Below, piece by piece: positions 27,484 through 46,592 of a stretch of 64,000 nucleotides of DNA. This DNA comes from the human T2T-CHM13v2.0 reference genome, Homo sapiens: NCBI RefSeq assembly GCF_009914755.1, contig NC_060939.1; one strand, 5' to 3'. The position numbers were made by a program, and so were the translations under genes. A model generated the notes under the pieces. It saw only the letters and a list, made by a program, of their open reading frames with translations. It searched no databases and was not told the origin of the DNA. How positions within the stretch are numbered: the first letter of the stretch is position 1; each line of letters starts with the position of its first letter.

Positions 27484-27516
27484 ATTCTCAGATGTTGGTT
27501 GTTTCTATGAAACCAG
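27484..27516 (+). CDS. SNAP23: Alternative 33-nt SNAP23 microexon (adds FSDVGCFYETR), GC donor
   Basis: Long pyrimidine tract then TAG| at 27483; 33 nt open in the phase-2 frame of exons 5 and 6; CAG|GCAGGA donor; downstream TGCATG x2, CTAAY/ACTAA and YGCY motifs. Confidence 0.75.
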
Positions 27517-29776
27517 GCAGGAAATTGAATGCATTATGTTTTTAAAACTTTAAACCTGCTTCTGTTCTGTTTGACTGGCATTTACTATTTTCTGCATTTC
27601 ATTCTCTCACCTAATCTCTTCCTTTCTAATCTGCTTACTAAAAATGAAGATTTAACATCAGAAGCCGGGCTCAGTAACTGATCAAAGGGAACTTTAAGAT
27701 GCAGTCTTGTGGCGCAGTTTGGGCTGCTAACCTGCTATCTAAAGGTGATGCTTCAAATGGCTTTTCTGTGCATGTGCATGGATTTTGTGAATGGTGAAAA
27801 CTGTCTCTAAACTGTGTGGTGGTGTGTAGTGTAAAGTGAATTTGTTCTTGATGGGTGCTATCTCACAAAAGATGGACTTGACAAAAGGACCTTAATTTAT
27901 AATACCATCCTTTGACAAATGTCTCTGATAACTAAGTTTTTGCTAAATAACATTTAAGATTACCAAAATAACAATACTCCTGGAGTTTCTTAAGAAATTT
28001 AAAATAGGTTGATCTTTGAGACAGCTGCTGCAGTCTAGTTCTGATAAAAGGTAAGGGAAGTCATGCTAAATGCTTCTCTGTCTTCATAGACTTTGATTTT
28101 AGCATCCTGTCTTCCATTAAGTTTCCCTACTTTTTTCTGGTTCTTGAGTCAAGATTTCCTCTATTAAAGTTTTGCTTCTAATGATTAGGATTACCCATGA
28201 TTTAGGCCACTACCAAATTAAGGAATCAATTGCCAGTCTAGTCGTCTCAAATCCTATTTGGAACAAGGTGGGATATAAAATTTTAAATGCTACCATATCT
28301 GGTATCTTCTTTCCTTAAATAAGGGTTTCCCCTCTACATATGTTATAAACTATTCTATAATTCCTGTTACATCATGTGTTAACTTGCTGTGATTTCATGT
28401 TGAATTAATACAAAACTAACTAATATTAATTTTTCATGGGAGGTAAGTTTTGTCAGCTTACTGTTTATTATTGTGTCTGACTCTTAAGTTTAGATCTTTA
28501 TGAGAATTATGAACATGATTAAATGTTAAAAAATTAAGTATTTGATTTCTACCCTTTGTTTCCTGCCCTCCTTTTTTCTTCTTTTCTTAGTTTGACTATC
28601 CAAAGCATACACACACTCACATTCACTCTTTATTATTAGTTAATAGTTATTTGGTCCCTTTTCTCCTTGATGTGAAATAGTCACAGCTAATATTTAGTTT
28701 TATTTTTGCTATTTTTAATTCAGTTAAAACTAATATTGATGCAACCAAAACTAAAAAAAAAAAAAAAAAAAAGAAATTATCGTTTTTGTGCTCATACCTT
28801 GATATTTACAGTTTTATGCTTGATACCAGCTTCCTGAATTGACTAAGGGATATTTCAGATTCTTACTTAAAACTTGCCTTTTTTTTTTTTTTTTTTTTTT
28901 GAGACAGAGTCTCGTTCTGTCCCCCAGGCTAGAGTATAGTGGCTCAGTCTCAGCTCACTGCAACCTCTGCTCCCAGGTTCAAGCGATTCTCCTGCCTCAG
29001 CCTCACGAGTAACTGGGATTACAAGCGTGCGCCACCACACCCGGCTAATTTTTTGTATTTTTAGTACAGAATAGGTTTCACCATGTTGGTCAGGCTGGTC
29101 TTGAACTCCTGACCTCAAGTAATTCACCCGCCTTGGCCTCCCAAAATGCTGAAATTACAGGCGTGAGCCACACACCCGAAAACTTGCCATTTTTGAATGA
29201 GACGTTTAAGTGGGAAAAAAAAAAAAAAGGTTCCAGTTAAAGACTATTAGACCACTCAGAACTAACAGTCAGTTGTAAATCTAAGTTTCTAGATGGAGTT
29301 CTGAACTTCATTAAAATTTATCACAAATTTACTTAGGCATTTTATCATGAAGACTAATTTCTTCCCAGAGGGGCTGTACATTTTATTTTCAAGAGTCCTG
29401 TCACAGATTAGAACTATTCTTTCTTACTGTAGACTAAAACAACCTGGTCCTAGTAATCTTTCATGTCACGATATTCCAACTACATTCATGTACCTGTAGA
29501 TCTCAAAGCCAAGAAATGGTAATGGACCAAAAAGTAAACATGCCAGTTGGTAACCCATGCACTTACAGGCAAGAACTGTTGACTAAAGGTCAGGTTGAAG
29601 TTGAAGCCAATGAATGAAAATATTTATCCAGTGATTTACAAAGCAGTTTTATGTCTGTTATCAACAGAACATTTTACAGCCCTGCTAAACATTAAGTATT
29701 GTTATTATCCTAGTTTTACGTACAAAGAAAGGGATGCTCTGACACTGAAGTTTGCTCAAGATTCTGTAGCTTCTGA

Positions 29777-30073
<297 letters not shown>

Positions 30074-30396
30074 TGAACTCCTGACCTCACGATCCACCCA
30101 CCTCGGCCTCCCAAAGTGCTGGGATTACAGGTGTGAGCCACCGCGCCTGGCTTTTTTTTGTTTTGTTTTAATCCTGACATGTCCCTTTGCTTCTTCTAGA
30201 TTAATTATTTAGTGCTCCAATATATAGACTACTAGAGTCTATAATAGACTACCAGAGTAATCTAAAGTACTCCTCCTGGATCGCTAAATGTCCCACTGAC
30301 CTTATATAAAACAACAACAAACGATTCCCAGGCTATACTCCATGTGTATTGGAGTAGAATCTTCAGAGTGCAGCCTACTATCTATGTGTTCTACAG

Positions 30397-30727
30397 CAGG
30401 GGCCCTCAACCCCCCCAGCCATGGACCACTATTGGTCCACGGCCTGTTAACAGAAACTGGTCCTCATAGCAGGAGGTGAGCATTATTGCCTGAGCTCTGC
30501 CTCCTCTCAGATCAGCAGTGGCATTACATTCTCATAGGAGCAAGAACCCTATTGTGAACTGTGCATGTGAGAGATCTAGTTGTACGCTCCTTATGAGAAT
30601 CTAACTAATGCCTGATGATCTGAGGTGGAACAATTTCATCCCCAAAGCATCCCCTGGTCCCCATTCGTGGAAAAATAGTCTTCCATGAAACTGGTTCCCC
30701 AGTGCCCAAAAGGTTGGGGACTGCTGA
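30397..30727. mobile_element. MER1B-like hAT (Charlie) element
   Basis: CAGGGGCCCTCAACCCC..., GAACCCTATTGTGAACTG, CCTTATGAGAATCTAA, ends AAAAGGTTGGGGACTGCTG. Confidence 0.75.
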
Positions 30728-31217
30728 GGTCACTCTGATACTCAGTCAAGTTTGGAAGGTATTACCTTTAAAGCATCTAAGACCCTTTGGAAGGAAAGTA
30801 AATTAGTTTAAAAACATATTTATATTTGTGAACATTTTTTATTTTATTAACTTAGATAAGCAGCTATCTGACAATGCCTTAAAAACAGGTTCCAACTTGG
30901 TGGAGGAAACTCCAGGGTGATGGCCAGTAACAGGGTCTTGAGCAACCAAAAGGCATTACCTAGAGTGGACATGCTGAATGAGACGCACTGAACTGTCCCA
31001 CCACCCCTTCATAAACACGCAGAACATACTATAACTGCAAGAAAAACAAGTAGTTTTTTTCCCCATCCCATTTGAAGGTAAACATGCCAACACAATGCAA
31101 AGCTGTAAAAAAATTCAAAGTCAGCTGGGCGCGGTAGCTCACTTCTGTAATCCCAGCACTTTGGGAGGCCGAGGCAGGCGGATCACGAGGTCAGGAGATC
31201 GAGACCATCCCTGGCTA

Positions 31218-31454
<237 letters not shown>

Positions 31455-31486
31455 TTACAGAAAGAACATCTTCAAAGATCCAGTCT

Positions 31487-31526
<40 letters not shown>

Positions 31527-32882
31527 AGACGGAGTCTCACTCTGTCACCAAGGCTGCAGTGCAGTGGCACGATCTGGGCTCACTGCAACCTCTGCCTCCC
31601 AGGTTCAAGTGATTCTTCTGCCTCTGCCTCCTGAGTTGCGGGGACTGCATTCGAGCGCCACCACACCCAGCTAAGTTTTGTATTTTTAGTAGAGACAGGG
31701 TTTCACCATGTTGGCCAGGCTGGTCTCGAACTCCTGACTTCGTGATCTGCCTGCCTCGGCCTCCCAAAGTGCTGGTATTACAGGTGTGAATCACCGCACC
31801 CGGCCAAGATCCAGTCATTTTAAAGACAGCAGAGTTTGATAACCAATCTGATTCTTTGTTTATAGACTATGCTTCAATTAAAAATCATTCACATGATCAT
31901 TTTTAAACAATTCATTTGCATTTTATGCCCTTATATCTAATTGTGGAAAGAAGAATTCTCATAAGTGTAAAGAATTTTTTCAAATATTGCCTCTTAATGT
32001 TGGGAAGGAGGTTGGAATGCATATATATTCCTTAATAGACCAGAACCCAAGGTCATGTCCCAGTCCACTCCTCTTTTTGTGCTGTCAGAAACATAATATC
32101 TCATTAGTTACTTTGGAATTTCAACCTTCTCTCTTGCACCTGTTCCACAATCCGAAATTCTAATAAAAGCCCCACTTCTGTTACTTCTGTTAATATTTGT
32201 GGTTATTAACTTTCTGATAAACTAATATATTGCTTTTGTTTTATTTACTAGCACTTACTCTGCTCTAGAATTTTGCCTGGGACCTTTCTTATTATTAACA
32301 AAGAATACATGTGAATATTTATTTTAAAAATATATATCCTACCTTGTTCCAAGAAAAATTTAACATGGCTTCTTAATAAATAAATGGGTTAATTAATAAA
32401 AACAGCATAGAAACATAATTATGATAACTTAAAGTGGTACCATGAAACACACTTGGAGAACTAGCTCTTCAGTGTTCATAAATTTGCCTTTGCAATGCCT
32501 CTCACAAAAAAAAATTAGTAGTATCCTTTCTGTAATGTTAATGATAAAGTCTAAGATTCAATTCTAGGTTTGCCGAAAATGAATCCTCACATGCCTATTA
32601 AGGAAGAAGTCACTTTTTTCATAAAATCTCTTCCCTACCTTTTTAATTTTTGCAATTTTAAAACTTCCTTATTAATGTAAAATGTAGAATAAATCAGAGA
32701 TCAATATTTGAGCAACATACTATTTCGTTTTTGTTTATAGAAAAGTGAAAACTAAAATTGAATGAAAGCTTGACTTTAGCCAAATAATCAAGAAAAGTTT
32801 TGTGTCACTTTTCCGTAACAGCCATTTTTTTTTCCCTGTAATAGCCACTTTTTCTTTCTTTTTAAGACACTTAGACTTATGA

Positions 32883-33182
<300 letters not shown>

Positions 33183-33385
33183 TGATCGTTTTTTTAAAGA
33201 GGAAACTCTTAAATGAAAAACTCCTACACTACAGGATTTATGAATGACCGCTTGTGTGGTCAAGGTACTTATTTGTCCGCTGATTGTCCAATTTGGAAAT
33301 TATTCATGCCTTTCTTTCCTGATGGCTGGTTTGTTTGTAAGAAACCATTGTTTAAAATTTCATGGAAAATTCTAATAAAAACTGA

Positions 33386-33742
<357 letters not shown>

Positions 33743-34305
33743 TGATCTTAAACTCCTGAGCTCAAGCGATCCACCCGCCTTGGCCTCCCAAAGTGCTGGG
33801 AGTACAGGCGTGAGCCACTGCACCCAGCATCAGCCTTCTTATTCTGTCATCCCTTGTCAACCTCTGAGATGCCTTCAAGGAACCTCTTAAGGTATCCCAG
33901 AACACCTTTTCTAAGGGACCTTTTTTTAAGTAATGTGCATTAACCTCTTTTCTAGATAGTGCTGGATACACTAGGAAGAGAAAAGCAAAACGATAGTGCC
34001 AGAGGCTAAGGGAACCTGAAAAATCAAATAGTTGCCTTTTGCTACTTGCTAACAGCCTAGTGAAGATTTGGTAGAAGTAGTATTTGGACCTTTTTAAAAT
34101 TTTTTTTAGTGTCAATGGGTTTACATAATTCATCTATTTCCTATTCCATATTGCCATGGAGCATAGTGTAGATCATCTAGACTTAGCTGTATGCAGCTTT
34201 TCTACTAGAGTTATTAGTGTCATCCTCAAGGTAACAGGCACTAATAATTAGAACTCTCCGTCTTCTTTTTTTTGGTATCTCCCTACACTCCTGACTTTTA
34301 TATAG

Positions 34306-34464
34306 AACAAAGAACTTTGAGTCTGGCAAGGCTTATAAGACAACATGGGGAGATGGTGGAGAAAACTCACCTTGCAATGTAGTATCTAAACAGCCAGGCC
34401 CGGTGACAAATGGTCAGCTTCAGCAACCAACAACGGGAGCAGCCAGTGGTGGATACATTAAACG
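34306..34464 (+). CDS. SNAP23: SNAP23 exon 6 (linker TKNFESGKAY...QPGPV...GGYIKR), 159-nt cassette
   Basis: TATAG| acceptor and |GTATGC donor; symmetric phase 2-2, 53 codons. Skipping gives the known 158-aa SNAP23B isoform. Confidence 0.96.
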
Positions 34465-34585
34465 GTATGCCAACTCCTCCTGATATTCCTGTACCTTTCT
34501 TAATGAATGGTTCACTTAGGAGATGAGTTTAGCAGTACATGACCCCTAATAAAACAAATAAAAATTGTATTTATTCCATTTTTAA

Positions 34586-34963
<378 letters not shown>

Positions 34964-35074
34964 TGATGGAATTAACTTTTCTTTATACTTTTCAGTACTT
35001 TCCAAATTATTGAACTAGACATATTTTACTTTTATATATAGAAAAAAATATGTTTTAAAATGTGTCATCTAGAA

Positions 35075-35495
35075 CAAGGGTCAGCTAGATTCCTGTAAGA
35101 AGATCTGTAACGAGCCAGAGAGTTAATATTTCAGACTTTTCAGGCCATACAGTCCCTTGCAATTACTCAACTCTGTTGTAGGGTTAAAGCAGGCATAAAC
35201 AATATGTAAACAAATGAGCACAGCTGTGTTTGAATAACACTTGATTTACAAAATCATATGGTGGCCAGATTTGGTCCTTGGGCCGTAGTTTTCCAACCTC
35301 TCTCTTAGGGCAGTGCTTCTTTAGATAGACTTAACTGTGCATTAGAACCACTTGAGGGGCTTATTAAACCGTAGGTTTCTGGGATGCACTTACAGTTTCT
35401 GATTGAGTAGGTCTGGAATGGAGTGTGAGAATTAGCATTCTCATGTCTAACAGCTTCCCAGGTGATGCTGGGAATTAAGCTTTGAGAAACACTGT
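35075..35495. mobile_element. MER58A-like (~35075-35300) and MER5A-like (~35310-35495) hAT remnants
   Basis: CAACTCTGTTGTAG..AACAATATGTAAACAAATGAG..GGCCAGATTTGG; TTTCTGATTGAGTAGGTCTGG..CCCAGGTGATGCTG..TTTGAGAAACACTG. Confidence 0.6.
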
Positions 35496-35718
35496 TTCAG
35501 AGTTTCTTTCTTTTCTTACATGGCTTTAAGATACTGTGCTCTCTTTGATGAGTCTCCCAGTTTTTATTATAGAATGTTTCCCAGGAATGGTAACCTATAT
35601 TCTTTTGGATCTTATACTTGCTGAGAGTCATTTTGGTTACTTACTTTTGTGAAAAGTAAATCCAGACTTTTATTTAAATTCAACAAAACCTATGGAATTA
35701 ACTGTCTTCTTGTGATAG

Positions 35719-35863
35719 CATAACTAATGATGCCAGAGAAGATGAAATGGAAGAGAACCTGACTCAAGTGGGCAGTATCCTGGGAAATCTAAAAGACATG
35801 GCCCTGAACATAGGCAATGAGATTGATGCTCAAAATCCACAAATAAAACGAATCACAGACAAG
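35719..35863 (+). CDS. SNAP23: SNAP23 exon 7 ([14 protein letters not shown]...[11 protein letters not shown])
   Basis: GATAG| acceptor and |GTAAAA donor, 145 nt; Qc-SNARE helix with Gln180; overlaps track ORF 35747-35935. Confidence 0.97.
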
Positions 35864-36640
35864 GTAAAAGCTTTTTATTGCCACAAGAAAATGAGACACC
35901 CAGTTCAGTGTTTCAGTAATAGACATCTGTGCTAGATACTGTGGGGGACACGGTAGAATAAGCTCCTGTCCTCATAGGTCTTAATTCTGATGAGGTGGTG
36001 GTTCTAACACATAAAACAAGAGCCAAGTCCTCCCTGTCATGGTAGTTGGTGCATTTTGAAACCAGAGTTTTGGAATATAGTAGTTTTACTTAAACCTTCA
36101 CACATGAAGCTTAGTATCTACTTTAGCTTTTGAGCGTGTTTTTTTCTCTCCCAAATGAGTTTTATTTTGTTAACTAATTTTTTAATTGAGAATGGGGTCT
36201 TGCTCTGTCGCCTAGGGTAGTGTGGTGGTACAATCACAGCTCACTGCAGCCTGCCTCCTAGGCTAAAGCGTTCCTCCCACATCAGCCTATTTTGTTAACT
36301 AAAAATAAATTAAGTTCCTGAATCCTCATCTCATGAAAGAGTCCGTAGGTGAAAATCTGTTCTGCAGAATAGTTCTTATGGAGTGGACACACGAAATAGA
36401 GTCATGTGAGTGAAAGAAAGTTGTGATTCTTTTTTTTCCCCCTTAACTTTACATGATATAAATATAGTGAAAGCGAAATTGTTTTCAGTGTTTTGATGTG
36501 TCACATGTAAAGTCATACCTTGGCCAACCGTGGTAGCTCACACCTGTAATCTCAACACTTTGAGAGGCGGAGGCAGGAGGATTGCTTGAGCTCAGGAGTT
36601 TGAGACCAGAGCAAGACCTCGACTCTACTAAAAAAATTTA

Positions 36641-36823
<183 letters not shown>

Positions 36824-37456
36824 TCATTAAAATCTCAGTGAACTTTAGGGTGAGTTTTTAAGCTTGGCTCTCTGTTAAATCACTTTTGATGGATTTAATT
36901 GAAACAGTGGTTCACAAGATGCTTTAAATGCTGCAGTCTGGGTTTAGGCTATATTTACCTGTCATTTTAATTCAGATGTTGGTGAGGATGGTAATAGATT
37001 CGTTTCAAAGATCTTTGGAAAGGTTATTTCAGTCTCTCCAGGTTAGACTTAGGGTGTCTGAATCCAGATGAGATTCTATGATTCAGTTCAGAGGACTCAC
37101 ACAAGGTCCAGATCTTTAACAGAGAAGAGCACTCTTTCATATTTCATTGCATCAAAAAATGCCATTGATTACAGGATGCATCCCAGTTTCAGGCATGTTA
37201 AACTATGAAAAAATGCGTTATAGAATTTATGAAATATTGGCAAGGTCTTATATGTTACACCTTTGTCATGTTTATATACCAGGGGTTTTCCAAATGAATT
37301 TCATATTCTGTTACTTCTTGCCCAACATGAGTTTTGTAATGTAACTTCACGTGGTTTCTTGGATTTTCTTGGTGTGTCAGTTACTCCAAGTGTAAAAAGT
37401 TTAATTTTTATTAGAGTTACTTACCTTGTAAAGCTGATATCTTTCTTGTTTTTCAG

Positions 37457-37522
37457 GCTGACACCAACAGAGATCGTATTGATATTGCCAATGCCAGAGC
37501 AAAGAAACTCATTGACAGCTAA
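37457..37522 (+). CDS. SNAP23: SNAP23 exon 8 coding part (ADTNRDRIDIANARAKKLIDS*)
   Basis: TTTCAG| acceptor, TAA at 37520-37522; coding exons total 57+42+49+118+159+145+66 = 636 nt = 211 aa plus stop. Confidence 0.97.
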   Translation, partial: ADTNRDRIDIANARAKKLIDS

Positions 37523-39110
<1,588 letters not shown>

Positions 39111-39785
39111 TTGTTCTTTCAAATAGGTAACATGTTTCTATGACTGTTATTTGGGGGAAAATAGTTTCATCAGCTCTCATTTAACAAATTAATAAAGCAA
39201 AGATCCATACATCAAGAAACACTACAGCAGGAAGCTGCCTTTAGCATCTTTCCAGTATTTATTGAAAATATTGATGGGACTTAAACTTACCTTGCTAAAA
39301 ATTTATTGTGAGGTTCATTTTAATCATTACTAGTCTTACTCACTTGAGCTTAAATACACTAGTGACTGGAAGGGTAATGGTTCTGTGTGAGAACTACAAC
39401 TCACTGGAGAAGATACAGTTAATGTGGGAGCTTTCAAAGGCTAAAGAGGAAAATATTTAAATAAAGTGAGATGCAACTACACCCTCTGTAATAGAAATGC
39501 TCCATGTCAAAATGAGTGGTTTGGCAGGGATGGTAAATATGTAAAGTAAGGTGTAAAACGGAGGATTGTGCTTTACCTAAATGCCTTTCCTAAAACCATT
39601 TACCATAAAAAAAAATTTTAGCACTGTTCTGGATAAAGGAAATAGTTCTGAGAATACCAGCATGCTACACTCACAGTATGATTGGTTAGAAGCATGGGCT
39701 GAGGCATTATCTGAATTTTCACTCTAGCTGAAGTGACTGTAAGATCATTTCTGTGCCTTAATTTGTCTGTAAATGCAGATTAATA

Positions 39786-42379
<2,594 letters not shown>

Positions 42380-43253
42380 TAATTCCTACATAGCATTGTA
42401 TTGCATAGAGTGGTAACACAGGTAAAGCACTTAGAACAGTTCCTGGCTAATGTAAGAGCTTAATAAGCAATAGCTGCTATTCTCTCTAAAGTGGAGCTCT
42501 TTCTGGTCAAGCATCTCTGTGAATTTGATGAAAGACAACATAGCCTCTCCCCAGAGAAACAGGCACACAAATGCAAATCATGCATAAGTGAGGTCCATAA
42601 ATGGAGGTCTTGAAAGCCCGTCCATGGAACCCAGGTTGAAACTTTCCCACAGCTTCTGCTATTGAGAAAAAAGAGAGGTGAGGCCATCAAAATTAGACTC
42701 CATCATGCATTAGAAATGGCTGTTCACTTAAAGCCCTTTCTGATTTTCTCCCATAACATTGTCTGGAAACTTGATTCACTTTTGAAAGGTAGTAAATGGT
42801 TAACACAAGCTCTGGAGTCTGACCACCTGGGATCAAATTTTGGTTCATTCATTTACTTCTAGTTGTGTGGCCTTGAGCATAATACTGACCTATAACTAAA
42901 GAGGTAAAAAATTATATCCCCCACTGAGCTTGTTTTTTAACACTAAGCTCCCTCTTCAAGTTTCCAGTCTTATAACCATAATGATCTGTGTCCCCTATAG
43001 CCATGCCTATTTCTTTGCTTCAGTTTTAATTCATCTTTTGTTTCTATACTCTAAACCTTTCCATTTCATGTGTGGATTATGAGTCTGTCCTTAACTTAAA
43101 CATCTATGGCCCAGACATCCTGAACTCAGTTGCACTTAGAATTAGCTTTTTAAAGACATACACTGTAGTCCCAGCTACTTGGGAGGCTGAGGCGGGAGGA
43201 TCACTTGGGCTCAGGTGTTCAGGACCAGCCTGGGCAGCATAGTGAGATCCCAT

Positions 43254-43260
43254 CTCTCTG

Positions 43261-43310
<50 letters not shown>
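43254..43310. repeat. (TC)n(CA)n compound microsatellite
   Basis: Read directly from the sequence. Confidence 0.95.
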
Positions 43311-43312
<2 letters not shown>

Positions 43313-43315
43313 GCA

Positions 43316-44240
43316 CACATGGCCAAGAGGTATGTGAAAAAAATCTCAACACTGCTAATCATCATGGAAATGCAAATAAAACCTACAATGAGATGATCTC
43401 ATTCCAGTTATCATGGCTATTATCAAAAGTGAGAAAATGCTGGCAAGGATGCTGAGAAAAGAGAACTAATTCCCACTTGGTGGCAATGTGAATGAGTGCA
43501 GCCACTATGGAAAACAAATATGGAGATCTCTCAGAAAACTAAAAATGGAATTACCATACTATCCAGCAATCATACTACTGGGTATTTATTGAAAGGAAAG
43601 GAAATCAATATATTAAAGGGATACCTGCACTCCCATGGTTATTGCAGCACTATTCATGATAGCAAAGATAATGGAATCAACCTAAGGGTCCATCAACAGA
43701 TGAATGGATAAGGGAAATGTGTATATACACAGTGGAATACTATTCAGCCATAAAAAGAATGAAATCCTATTGTTTGCAGTGACATGAATACACTGGAGGT
43801 GTATCCAAGGAACTGGAGGTCATTGTGTTAAGTGAAATAATCCAGGCACAGAAAGACAAATACTGCATGTTCTTACTCATGTGAGCTAAAAAATTTATTT
43901 CATGGAGGTAGAGAGTAGAATGATAGTTACCAGAGGCTGGGTAGTGGGTGTACAGGGTGGGGCGATGAAGGAAGGTAGGTTAATGGGTAGATACAAACAT
44001 ACAGTTAGATAGAAGGAATAAGTTTTAATGCTTGATAGCATAGTACGGTGACTATACTTAATGTAAGTTTCAAAATGGCTAGAAGATTTGAAATGTTCCC
44101 AACACAAACAAATGATAAATGTTTGAGATAATGAATAACATAAATATCCTGACTTGATCATTATACATTCTATGCATGTCTCAGAATATCACAAGTACCC
44201 CATAAATATGAACAAATATATATCAGAAAAATAGTAAAGT
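43316..44240 (+). mobile_element. Old 5'-truncated L1 (L1M/L1MA-type), ORF2 end plus 3'UTR
   Basis: GAAATGCAAATAAAACCTACAATGAGAT, CAGCCACTATGGAAAACA, GGAATACTATTCAGCCATAAAAAGAATGAAATCC, AGAGAGTAGAATGATAGTTACCAGAGGCTGGG. Confidence 0.85.
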
Positions 44241-45227
44241 GAAAAAGGAAAACAAAGTAGCTTATCTAAGTGCTGTTTTCTTTAGGTCACTCTTACCAAA
44301 ACTTCAGGTTATCCCAATTACATTCCTAATCAGATTTTATTTCTCAGATTGATATTCAAGTTTCTCATCTAGTCATTTAAAAATTTATTTTTTCCATAAA
44401 GTAAAAGCAAGTTTATTAAAAAAGTAAAGGAATAAAAGAATGGCTACTCCATAGGCAGAGCAGCCTATTTTTTATTATTTTTTTGGAGCCACAATCTCAC
44501 ATTGTTGTCCAGGCTGGCCTCAAACTCCTAGGTTCAAGGGATCCTCCAGCCTCAGGCCTCCTCAATAGCTGGGACTATAGATGCCTGCCTCTGCCTGGCT
44601 CCATTTTTTTATCCTTTTAATGTAGTGTCCACTCCAAGCCTTCTATTTCTGTACAACTTGTAAAATTCTACTTTCATGCCTTATAGATGAGATAAATGGC
44701 ATGATTTACTGAGTGCTTACTCTGTCATGGCCACTATGCTAAGTGCTTTTATATAGTTTTTTGCAACATACCTGAGAGGTAGGAGCTATTCCCTATATTT
44801 ACAAGTGAGACGAAATTGCTCAAATTCATAAAGCTAATAAATGACGGACTCTGTATTCAAACCTGGATCTTTCTGACTCCAGGGCCCATAATTTTAATAT
44901 ACTACATTGCCTTCCAAACCAAGCTGTAAAAAATTTGGGTGACTTGGGCCAGATGTGGTGGCTCACACCTGTAATCCCAGCACTTTGGGAGGTAAGGCAG
45001 GATTGCTTGAGCCCAGGAGTTTGGGGCCAGCCTGGGGAACACAGGAAGACCCCGTCTTTCTAAAAAATTAAAAATTAGCTGAGTGTGGTGGCAGATAACC
45101 TGTAGCTCCAGCTACTTAAGAGGCTGAGGTGGGAGGAGATAGCTTGAGCCCAGGAGATCAAGGCATTTGTGAGCTGTGATCATGCCACTGCACTTCAGCC
45201 TGGGCAATAGAGCAAGACCCTGTCTCA

Positions 45228-45437
<210 letters not shown>

Positions 45438-45521
45438 CTAGAACTCAGGAAGTGGAGGTTGCAGTGACCCGAGATTGTGCCACTGCATTCCAACCTGGGC
45501 GAAACAGACAGCCTCTGTCTC

Positions 45522-45552
<31 letters not shown>

Positions 45553-46136
45553 ACTTAAAAGCCAGGCAGTGGCTCACACCTGTAATCTCAATACTTTGGG
45601 AGGCCAAGATGGGAGGATCACTTGAGTCCAGTTTAAGACTAGCCCAGGCAACACAGCAAGATCTGTCGCAAAAAAAGAAAAAAAAAATTAGGTGACTTGG
45701 ACTAGTGGCCAGATTCAAATCTGGGTCTTTAGACCACAAGCTAGTTTACTTGATTAGCTCATATTTAAATCTAAATCTTGTTTGCTGTAACTTTGGGCAT
45801 ATTACTGTATATAGCCCTTGCCCTCAAAGAGTTAGTCTATCATGAAAGATAAATATAGAATGTGAGAAGTGCTATAGTAACAGATGGGTGAGCAGTTAAT
45901 TCGGCTTAGACGCAGGAAAGAGGCTTAGACATACAGAATGAGCATATTAATTAAGAGAGGGCAGGCTGGGCACGTTAGCTCACGCCTGCAATTCCCAGCA
46001 TTTTGGGAGGCCAAGGCAGGTGGATCAACTGAGGTCAGGAGTTTGAGATCAGCCTGACCAACATGGTGAAACCCCGTCTCTACTAAAAATACAAAAATTA
46101 GCCAGGTGTGGTGGCACCTGCCTGTAATCCCAGCTA

Positions 46137-46592
<456 letters not shown>

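Noticed and set aside
35825-35863. Pro182 within the Qc SNARE helix (QNPQIK) as a possible variant or error
   Set aside because: It matches the human SNAP23 sequence as I recall it, so it is not anomalous.
43205-44161. L1 ORF2-like peptides
   Set aside because: Old 5'-truncated L1 with stops and frameshifts.
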